Below, one piece after another: positions 56,480 to 64,000 of a stretch of 64,000 nt of DNA. Origin of the DNA: Candidatus Tayloriibacteriota bacterium (lineage in GTDB: Bacteria > Patescibacteriota > Minisyncoccia > Phycocordibacterales > UBA10002); contig SIBZ01000001.1 in NCBI GenBank assembly GCA_009694955.1, forward strand, positions 63 to 64,062. Direction: 5' to 3'. The position numbers and the translations under genes are program-made. The notes beneath the pieces were generated by a model that worked only from the letters and a program-made list of their open reading frames with translations, did not search any database and was not told the DNA's origin. Numbering within the stretch: position 1 is the stretch's first letter; every line of letters starts with the position of its first letter.

Positions 56480-57184
56480 ATGAGATTACACAGATTTTTT
56501 GTTGAAGAACACATCGCTCCAGATATAAGGCTCGCAATTAAGGACGCGAAACTTCTTCATCAATGGCGAAACGTCCTCCGGCTGAAGGCGGGGAATGAGG
56601 TGATTCTCTTTGACGGGTTCGGTATGGACCACCGATGCGAACTCGCTTCGCTTGATAGAGGAGAGGCCATGTGCATTGTGCGCGAGTCTTCCAAAAGCGC
56701 GCCGCCGTCCACGCAACAATTTTTCCTCTTCGCATCACTCATCAAGAAAGAACGTTTCGAGTGGCTTCTCGAGAAAGCGACGGAGCTCGGCGTCGCGCAA
56801 ATACGGCCGGTGATTGCCGACCGCTCGGAGGTGAAGAAGTTCAATCTCGAACGTGCGAAGGATATTGTGAAAGAGGCGTCTGAGCAGTCGGGACGTGGAA
56901 GTCTTCCCGCGCTCTATAAGCCGATGGAACTACAGAATGTCTTTAAGGAGTACACGTATTTTAAGACGATGGCGTTCGACCCGCATGGTGAACTGTTCAA
57001 AAAAGACGGATGGAGCAAGGAAGAAAAAGTCGGAGCATTTATCGGGCCGGAAGGTGGGTGGAGCGCCCGCGAACTTGAGCTGTTCCGTCAAGAAAAAATC
57101 CCCGTCTATTCGCTAGGGGTTTCCACGCTTCGCGCCGAAACGGCGGCGGTGGCCGTGACGTCTCTTTTACTCCTACCGTCGTAA
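56480..57184 (+). CDS. rsmE: 16S rRNA m3U1498 methyltransferase
   Basis: NVLRL, EKATELGV, EASEQSGR, IGPEGGWS, LRAETA. Confidence 0.95.
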   Translation: MRLHRFFVEEHIAPDIRLAIKDAKLLHQWRNVLRLKAGNEVILFDGFGMDHRCELASLDRGEAMCIVRESSKSAPPSTQQFFLFASLIKKERFEWLLEKATELGVAQIRPVIADRSEVKKFNLERAKDIVKEASEQSGRGSLPALYKPMELQNVFKEYTYFKTMAFDPHGELFKKDGWSKEEKVGAFIGPEGGWSARELELFRQEKIPVYSLGVSTLRAETAAVAVTSLLLLPS

Positions 57185-57223
57185 AAGAATCACCAATCAC
57201 CAACTTCGTCTTCTTTTTGGTTA

Positions 57224-58588
57224 TTACTTAATATACACCGTCTTGATATTGGTGAACTCACGGAGGCCGAAACCGGAAAGCTCCCTGCCGTAACCGGACT
57301 GTTTAATCCCCCCAAAAGGAAGGCGTGGGTCGGATTTCACCATATCGTTGACGAAGACCGAACCGGATTCAATACGGGGGATAATACGTTTCGCCCGAGC
57401 TAGATTTTTCGTCCACACGGAAGCACCCAGTCCGTAGGGAGTATCATTGGCCACCCTGATTGCTTCTTCCTCGTCTTTCACCCCGATAACCGCGGCGACC
57501 GGACCGAACACCTCTTCGTCATAAACCGGCATACCTTTCTTCACGTGTGTAAGTATCGTCGGTTCATAAAAATATCCGGCACGGTCTATACGTTTACCGC
57601 CGCACACCACGTTCGCCCCGAGCGCGACCGATTCGGCAACCTGCCGTTCTAATCCACGTAGCATCCGTTCCGACGAAAGTGGGCCAACATCCGTTTTTTC
57701 ATCCGTTCCGTCACCCACAATCATTTCTTTAAAACGAGCCGCGAGGAGTTTGGTAAACAGTTTTTCTTTTTGGCGGGCGACGATAAAGCGTTTCGCGGCG
57801 ATACAGCTCTGTCCCGCGTTCTGAAGCCGCGCCCGCGCTCCGGTATGCGCCGCTTCCGCAAGGTCGGCGTCGGCAAGCACGATGAACGGGTCGCTCCCGC
57901 CGAGTTCCAAAATGCTTTTCTTTACGGCTTTACCCGCGAGAGACGCGACAATGCTTCCCGCACGCTCGCTTCCGGTAAGCGTCACCGCGCTCACACGCGG
58001 GTCGGCAATTATCGCGGGGATTTTCTCCGTCTCAATGAGGAGAACTTGGAACAAACCTTTCGGGAAACCGGCTTCGCGGAACAACTCTTCCGTGCGGAGC
58101 GCACAACCCGAAACCGTGGATGCGTGTTTGAGGAAAGCCGCGTTACCCGAAAGCAGGGCAGGGATGGCATACCGAAGCACCTGCCAATACGGAAAATTCC
58201 ACGGCATAATGCCGAGCACGATGCCGAGCGGTTCAAACGAAATAAAACTTTCGCTCGCATCCGTCTTCACGTATTCGGGCGACAAGAAACGCTCTGCGTT
58301 TTCAGCGAAATATTCGGTAGCCCACGCGCATTTCTCTATCTCCGCGATGGCCGCGCGGATGGGCTTGCCCATTTCCTGTGTCATTAGTTGTCCGAGTTCG
58401 TGTTTCTGTTTCCGGAGGAGAGCGGCGAGTTTCATGGCAAGACGGACGCGGTTCTTCAGCGGAACAACCCGCCACGCACTCTGCGCGCGCTTCGCGTCCA
58501 CGAGCTTCCTCTCCGTTTCCGCGGCCGTATGTTCCTTGAACCGCCTGATTATTTTCCCCGTAGCGGGGTTTGTTGAAATGAATGACAT
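57224..58588 (-). CDS. NAD(P)-dependent aldehyde dehydrogenase (SSADH/Sad-like)
   Basis: IMPWNFP, TLTGSE, LELGGSDP, GQSCIA, EEVFGP, PFGGIKQSG. Confidence 0.93.
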   Translation of the reverse strand: MSFISTNPATGKIIRRFKEHTAAETERKLVDAKRAQSAWRVVPLKNRVRLAMKLAALLRKQKHELGQLMTQEMGKPIRAAIAEIEKCAWATEYFAENAERFLSPEYVKTDASESFISFEPLGIVLGIMPWNFPYWQVLRYAIPALLSGNAAFLKHASTVSGCALRTEELFREAGFPKGLFQVLLIETEKIPAIIADPRVSAVTLTGSERAGSIVASLAGKAVKKSILELGGSDPFIVLADADLAEAAHTGARARLQNAGQSCIAAKRFIVARQKEKLFTKLLAARFKEMIVGDGTDEKTDVGPLSSERMLRGLERQVAESVALGANVVCGGKRIDRAGYFYEPTILTHVKKGMPVYDEEVFGPVAAVIGVKDEEEAIRVANDTPYGLGASVWTKNLARAKRIIPRIESGSVFVNDMVKSDPRLPFGGIKQSGYGRELSGFGLREFTNIKTVYIK

Positions 58589-58654
58589 AAAAGAATCACC
58601 AATAATCAATATCCAATAACCAACCAAAAAAAATAACCAATAACCAAAAGCACC

Positions 58655-60286
58655 CTATGATTGCTTCACCAATTTTGTGAACACTTTCGCGTTCTCGGAA
58701 TAATCAACAGGAACTTCAATAAGTGAGACTCCTTTTTGTCCCAGCGCTTTTTTGAGGAGTGGAAGAAACTCCTTTGTCTTCGTCACGCGGTAGCCTTTCG
58801 CGCCGAAACTCTTCGCGTACAGGGCGAAATCGGGGTTACTGTAGGAAAGACCGAATTTCTTCAGTCCTTCCGCCTGTTGTTTCCATTGTATCATTCCGAA
58901 TCCGTCGTCCCGTATGATGACGACGACGAGGTCGAGTCTGAGGCGCATCGCGGTTTCAAGTTCGGCCGAGCTCATCATAAAGCCCCCGTCTCCGCATACC
59001 GCGAGCACCTTCCGTTTCGGATAGACAAGTTTCGAAGCGATGGCGGAGGGGAGTCCCGCTCCCATTGTCGCGAGTGCGTTGTCGAGGAGAAGCGTGTTGG
59101 GAAGAAACGCGCGGTAGCTTCGCGCGAACCACAGCTTGTACATACCGTTATCAAGCGTGACGATGCCGTTTTCGGGCATCGCGTTTCTCACATCGGCGAC
59201 GATGCGTTGCGGTAGAAGCGGAAAGAGGGGAGAGTCCCCCTGTTCGCCGATGCGCGCGTCCATTTCTTTTTTTCCCTCCGAAAACCACGCAGATTCCCAC
59301 GATTTCTTTCCCGCAAGCTCCCCGCGTAGAGCTTGAAGTCCAAGCGCGATATCGCCCACGACTTCGATTTCAGGAGCATACACCGGTTCATTGCCCGCTT
59401 TCGAAAAGCTAAGATGTATGAGGACCGGCATCGCACCTCTCCTCACGAATGGAGGTTTTTCGGTTGTCTCGTGTCCGACACAAAGTACGACGTCAGCGTT
59501 ATGGATAAGCGTATGAACACAGTCACCGCTCGTGATTGCTGTCGTGCCGAGATAGAGCGGGTGGTCTTCGCGCACCACCCCTTTGCCCATTTGTGTCGTT
59601 ACAAACGGAATGCCGGTTTCCTCGATGAACAAGGCAAGTTCTTTCGCAATCGAGGACTGGTTCGCGTGCATTCCGATAAGTATGACGGGTCGTTTCGCAC
59701 CGTGGAGCGTTTTCACGGCAGAAGCGAGGGTAGTACTGTTCGGACAAACAGGAGTCTCCTTTGCCGCGGGTGCTTCGGGAATCTTCGGGGCATTTTCAGA
59801 AGCGATATTTTCGGGGAGTTCAAGATGTACGGCTCCGGGACGCTCTCCTTCAGCTGTCGCAAGCGCCTGCCGTACGAGTGGGACAAGTGTGTCCGCGGTT
59901 TCGATAGAAGCTGAAAACTTGGTAAGCGGAGTAAACATCTTGACCGCGTCAATGATTTGGAACTTACCCTGCTTCCGGAACGCATTCGATTTTTGTCCCG
60001 TGATAAAGAGCACAGGCATCGCACCGAGATTTGCGTACGCCGAGGCGGTGGTAAAGTTCGTCGCTCCAGGGCCAAGTGTCGAGAGCGCGACTCCGGTTTT
60101 GCCGGTGAGCCTGCCAACGGTCGCGGCCATAAAGCCGGCGGCCTGTTCGTGCCGTGTCACGATAAACGGAATGCGGAAACGGGCAATCGAATCAAGCAGG
60201 TCGAGATTTTCCTCTCCGGGTAAACCGAAAATGCGGTTCACGCCATGTCTTTTCAGTTCCGCGACAAACGCGTCGGATGCTTTCAT
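58655..60286 (-). CDS. ThDP-dependent acetolactate-synthase-like enzyme
   Basis: FGLPGEEN, RHEQAAGFMA, TLGPGATN, GDGGF. Confidence 0.9.
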   Translation of the reverse strand: MKASDAFVAELKRHGVNRIFGLPGEENLDLLDSIARFRIPFIVTRHEQAAGFMAATVGRLTGKTGVALSTLGPGATNFTTASAYANLGAMPVLFITGQKSNAFRKQGKFQIIDAVKMFTPLTKFSASIETADTLVPLVRQALATAEGERPGAVHLELPENIASENAPKIPEAPAAKETPVCPNSTTLASAVKTLHGAKRPVILIGMHANQSSIAKELALFIEETGIPFVTTQMGKGVVREDHPLYLGTTAITSGDCVHTLIHNADVVLCVGHETTEKPPFVRRGAMPVLIHLSFSKAGNEPVYAPEIEVVGDIALGLQALRGELAGKKSWESAWFSEGKKEMDARIGEQGDSPLFPLLPQRIVADVRNAMPENGIVTLDNGMYKLWFARSYRAFLPNTLLLDNALATMGAGLPSAIASKLVYPKRKVLAVCGDGGFMMSSAELETAMRLRLDLVVVIIRDDGFGMIQWKQQAEGLKKFGLSYSNPDFALYAKSFGAKGYRVTKTKEFLPLLKKALGQKGVSLIEVPVDYSENAKVFTKLVKQS

Positions 60287-60348
60287 GTGTAAATCACCAA
60301 TAACCAAACCTAGTGTCTTTTTGGTTATTGGATATTGGTGTTTGGTTA

Positions 60349-61401
60349 TTATTTCAGATTCTCCAAAAACTCGAGCACTCTCTGGTTGGTCATCAGCGTT
60401 TCCACGTAACTTCGCGCGTTTTCGGAGTTCGCGTTCTTGTAGTGCTCGAGAATGTGTTTCACTTCCGCTTCAATCTCGGCTTCTGGAACGGTCAATTTCT
60501 CGGCCCTTGCAATCTGGAAGAGCATAAGCTGTAAGCGCGCGCGGCGTTCGGCATCCTTTCCCCATTCTTTGCGGAGGGTCACCGCGTCCTTTTTGATTTC
60601 TTTCAGGTAGTCGTCAAATGACGCACCCATACGTTCGATTTGCGCGCGCATCTCGCTTTCCATACGGGAAAGTTCGCTCTCGACGAGTACGTCGGGTATG
60701 TCGCCCGCGCTTTTCTCGGTCAGTTTATCGAGAAGCGTAGCTCGGCGCTTCTCGCGGTTCTTTTCTTCTTTATGCGACAAGAGCCCTTCTTTCACTTTGG
60801 CGCGGAAATCGGCAACCGTTTCAAACGAGCCGAGCGCCTTTACGGTTTCGTCAGTAATTGAAAAATCTTTCGCGTCCGTCTCCGCGAGGCCAGAGTCCGC
60901 TCCAGCGTGGCGACGGCCCGTGGCGGACGTGTGCTGTTTGGTGATTTCGGTGATAACGGTATCGATTTCTTTGTCCGTAATCTCGGCGGACTCCGGTTTC
61001 TTCGCGTTTTCCGTTTTGGCGATTTTCTGGTATTCCGGAAGGGAGAGTTCGGGGTAGAGCGAAAGCGTTACCTTAAACTCGGCCGGGTTGTCCGGAGCAA
61101 GCTTCACGGCTTCGACGCGGGGGCGCCCAATCACGTCAAGCTTTTCCAACTTAAAGATTTCGGCAAGCGCTTCGCCGAGAGCGTCCGTCGAAGCTTCTTC
61201 CCAGAGCGCCATCTCGCCTATACGCTCTCGGATGATTTTTTCCGGCACGAATCCTTTCCGGAACCCAGGTAGCTCCGTATCTTTCTTCAGATGTTCAAGG
61301 ACGTGGCTCCGGTGCTTCGCGACTTCTTCGGGAGGGATTTCAAGTTCGAGAAGAACTTCCGATTTAGGGAGCACTTTCTTTTCTTTGAGCGTGTATTTCA
61401 T
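60349..61401 (-). CDS. tig: Trigger factor lacking the FKBP domain
   Basis: PGFRKG ribosome-binding motif, short linker, C-terminal SurA-like domain; 350 aa. Confidence 0.9.
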   Translation of the reverse strand: MKYTLKEKKVLPKSEVLLELEIPPEEVAKHRSHVLEHLKKDTELPGFRKGFVPEKIIRERIGEMALWEEASTDALGEALAEIFKLEKLDVIGRPRVEAVKLAPDNPAEFKVTLSLYPELSLPEYQKIAKTENAKKPESAEITDKEIDTVITEITKQHTSATGRRHAGADSGLAETDAKDFSITDETVKALGSFETVADFRAKVKEGLLSHKEEKNREKRRATLLDKLTEKSAGDIPDVLVESELSRMESEMRAQIERMGASFDDYLKEIKKDAVTLRKEWGKDAERRARLQLMLFQIARAEKLTVPEAEIEAEVKHILEHYKNANSENARSYVETLMTNQRVLEFLENLK

Positions 61402-61521
61402 ATACAAAAAATGTTATCAGACGACAAATGAACCGGTTTAACGTATCTTATTTTCCCCGCTTTGGCAATCCAAGGCGATGTAAAAACCTCTCCGGTCCGG
61501 AGAGGTTTACGAAAAGCAAGG

Positions 61522-61956
61522 TTACTGTGCGCTTCCGGTATCCGGCGCGGTGTCTGTCGTGTCGCTCGTATCGGCAGGAGCATCGGGTGTGAGCAGTGAG
61601 GAGTCTTCCTTTGAGAGCTCTGCGCCCCAGAAATACAGTCCGCCGATGATGAGAACGATGAGAATGATGATAATCCCCGCGAGCGCCCCCCATGACGTGT
61701 GATGTGCAGGAGCGGAAAGAAGTTTCCCCGGTGCCTTCGGAAGTTCCAGCGTTTTGGAAAGAGGTGGTGCTATCCCGACTGTTTGTCTCGGTTCGGGACT
61801 TTTAGGCTCTGCTTTGAGTGAGGCGATATCGCGTAGCACTGATTCCGGTGATGGAGTGGAAGAGGGCTGCGGAGACGTCACAACGGAAACCGGAGTTTCC
61901 GCTATCGGCTGTGTCGGCATTGCAGGGAGCGAGGATGGTGTTTGGTTAGGGTCCAT
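61522..61956 (-). CDS. Pro/Ser-rich single-TM hypothetical protein
   Basis: Disordered N-terminus then GIIIILIVLIIGGLYFWG. Confidence 0.7.
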   Translation of the reverse strand: MDPNQTPSSLPAMPTQPIAETPVSVVTSPQPSSTPSPESVLRDIASLKAEPKSPEPRQTVGIAPPLSKTLELPKAPGKLLSAPAHHTSWGALAGIIIILIVLIIGGLYFWGAELSKEDSSLLTPDAPADTSDTTDTAPDTGSAQ

Positions 61957-62056
61957 AACGAGTGGCGAGAATAGTATGACGGAATTATATCGTATGGCAT
62001 ACGAAAGCGCCATCCCAAATGGGATGGCGCTTTCCTTCGGTGAAGGCTGATATGAA

Positions 62057-64000
62057 TTACAGCAAGAACGGAATTAAGAGCAGAGCTACTATATTTAATA
62101 TCTTTATCATGGGATTTATAGCCGGGCCCGCGGTGTCCTTATATGGGTCGCCGACAGTGTCTCCCGTAATGGCGGCTTTGTGAGCGTCAGAGCCTTTGCC
62201 CCCGAAGTTCCCCTTTTCGATATATTTCTTGGCGTTGTCCCACGCTCCTCCACCACTTGTCATTGAGATGGCGACGAAGAGGCCGGTGACGATAGAACCA
62301 ACAAGCATTCCGCCGAGCGCGACAGGACCGAAGAGGAAGCCGACAAGAATCGGCGCGAGTACCGGAATAAGGGCGGGAACAATCATTTCTTTAATCGCCG
62401 CTTTGGTGACGATGTCTACCGCACGGCTGTAGTCGGGTTTCGCGGTTCCCGCCATAATGCCTTTGATTTCACGGAATTGCCGGCGAACCTCTTCCACGAC
62501 AGCGCTTGCCGCTTTGCGTACCGATTCCATCGAAATGGCCGCGAAGTAGTAAGGAAGCAGTCCTCCGATAAAGAGGCCGACAATCACAAGCGGGTCTTCA
62601 AGTCGGAATTGGAGATTTTTCCCAAGTGAGGAAAATTCCTGTGTGTATGAAGAGAAGAGTACAAGCGCGGCGAGACCGGCGGAGCCAATGGCGTAGCCTT
62701 TGGTGACCGCCTTCGTTGTGTTGCCGACAGCATCGAGTGCGTCGGTGATTTCGCGGACACTCTCGGGAAGGTTACTCATCTCGGCGATACCTCCCGCGTT
62801 GTCGGTAATCGGGCCGTAGGCGTCAATCGCGACGATAATACCCGCCATCGAAAGCATACTCATCGCGGCGACTGCGATACCGTAGAGTCCTGAGAAGTAG
62901 TACGAAGCTAAGATACCCGCGACAATTGTGAGAAGCGGAAGCGCGGTTGATTTCATCGAAATCGCGAGACCTTGGATGATGTTGGTTCCATGGCCCGACA
63001 GGCTCGCTTCAGCGATTGATTGCACGGGAGCGTGCGAAGTACCGGTGTAGTATTCGGTAATCCATACGAGAAGTCCGGTTACCACGAGGCCAACCAAACT
63101 TGCCGAAAAGAGCGAACCGGTGGCGTAGAGACCGTTGCCTTCCATAAGTGTCTTGGTGATGGGGTAGAACGCGATAGCAGAGAGGACACCGGACGCAATG
63201 AGTCCCTTATACAGTGCGCCCATAATGTTGCCCGACTTTCCGAGCCGAACGAAGAACGTGCCGATAATCGAAGCGATGATGGCAACTGCGCCGAGTGCGA
63301 GCGGGTAGAGAAGCGCGTTTGCGAAACCGGGGAACAAAATTTCGCCGAGGAGCATCGCGGCAATCGCGGTGACGGCGTAGGTTTCAAAAAGGTCCGCCGC
63401 CATACCTGCGCAGTCGCCCACGTTGTCACCGACGTTGTCGGCAATCACGGCTGGGTTTCTCGGGTCGTCTTCGGGGATACCCGCTTCCACTTTACCGACA
63501 AGATCGGCACCGACGTCGGCGGCCTTCGTGAAGATGCCTCCACCAAGACGGGCAAAGACCGAAATGAGCGACGCGCCGAATGAGAGTCCGATGAGCGCTT
63601 TCACATCTCCGGTCGCTGCGAAAAAGCCGGTGACACCAAGAAGCGCGAGACCGACAACGAGAAGTCCCGTAATCGCTCCGCCCTGAAAGGCGAGCGCGAG
63701 TGCCTGTTTCATCCCGACCGAAGCGGCTTGCGCGACACGCGTGTTGGCGCGCACCGATACATTCATACCGATGTATCCGGCCGCGGCGGAAAGAATTGCT
63801 CCGACAAGGAAGCCAAGCGCGCTTTTAAGACCGAGCGCGAAGAAGAGAATGACTGCCATGATGATGGCGACAACCGCGACGGTCTTATACTGGCGGTTAA
63901 GATAGGCTTTCGCGCCTTCCCTGATGGCACTGGAGATTTCCTGCATCCGCGCCGAGCCGGCATCTTTCTTGAGGAGACGACTGGCGGCAATGGCGCCGTA
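62057..64000 (-). CDS. hppA: Membrane pyrophosphatase, K+-independent H+-pumping type (5' end outside window)
   Basis: [34 protein letters not shown] (Lys determinant), [19 protein letters not shown]. Confidence 0.95.
   Translation of the reverse strand, partial: YGAIAASRLLKKDAGSARMQEISSAIREGAKAYLNRQYKTVAVVAIIMAVILFFALGLKSALGFLVGAILSAAAGYIGMNVSVRANTRVAQAASVGMKQALALAFQGGAITGLLVVGLALLGVTGFFAATGDVKALIGLSFGASLISVFARLGGGIFTKAADVGADLVGKVEAGIPEDDPRNPAVIADNVGDNVGDCAGMAADLFETYAVTAIAAMLLGEILFPGFANALLYPLALGAVAIIASIIGTFFVRLGKSGNIMGALYKGLIASGVLSAIAFYPITKTLMEGNGLYATGSLFSASLVGLVVTGLLVWITEYYTGTSHAPVQSIAEASLSGHGTNIIQGLAISMKSTALPLLTIVAGILASYYFSGLYGIAVAAMSMLSMAGIIVAIDAYGPITDNAGGIAEMSNLPESVREITDALDAVGNTTKAVTKGYAIGSAGLAALVLFSSYTQEFSSLGKNLQFRLEDPLVIVGLFIGGLLPYYFAAISMESVRKAASAVVEEVRRQFREIKGIMAGTAKPDYSRAVDIVTKAAIKEMIVPALIPVLAPILVGFLFGPVALGGMLVGSIVTGLFVAISMTSGGGAWDNAKKYIEKGNFGGKGSDAHKAAITGDTVGDPYKDTAGPAINPMIKILNIVALLLIPFLL

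Noticed and set aside
1-64000. Alternative genetic code, prophage or IS transposase
   Set aside because: TGA terminates intact conserved genes (LysM-M23, comM, cca, yraN); no phage structural, integrase or transposase motifs were seen.

Overview
Bacterial chromosomal window, genetic code 11. It most resembles a Patescibacteria/CPR (Parcubacteria-like) genome; this is inferred from the VirB6-like and TSP3-like surface proteins, trigger factor lacking the FKBP domain, PaaX/Cas2-like gene and multiple TrmB genes. The housekeeping backbone is rsmA, pcrA, comM, dksA-like, pnp, rpsO, a CCA enzyme, 4 tRNAs, yraN, murF, ddl, nth, mutY, hup, rny, clpP, rsmE, tig and hppA, interspersed with small accessory modules. 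The most notable signals are non-coding. (1) Three copies of a structured 130-165 bp element follow tRNA-Arg(TCG), tRNA-Gly(GCC) and tRNA-Gly(TCC); each carries an antisense and a sense copy of the 3' end of its own tRNA plus covarying stems. (2) A PaaX/Cas2-like gene is bracketed by two 32-bp palindromes with a compensatory change. (3) Two regulator-plus-cargo cassettes are each bounded by a duplicated 3' end of the host gene (comM, trmB). (4) A ~340-nt ORF-less region has a promoter, a terminator and a predicted pseudoknot, and there are other leader-RNA candidates. (5) A parS-like cluster is written into yraN. (6) Palindromic repeats are inserted in frame in mutY, tig and yraN. No CRISPR array, rRNA, integrase or transposase was seen. 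All family calls are by eye and need database confirmation.
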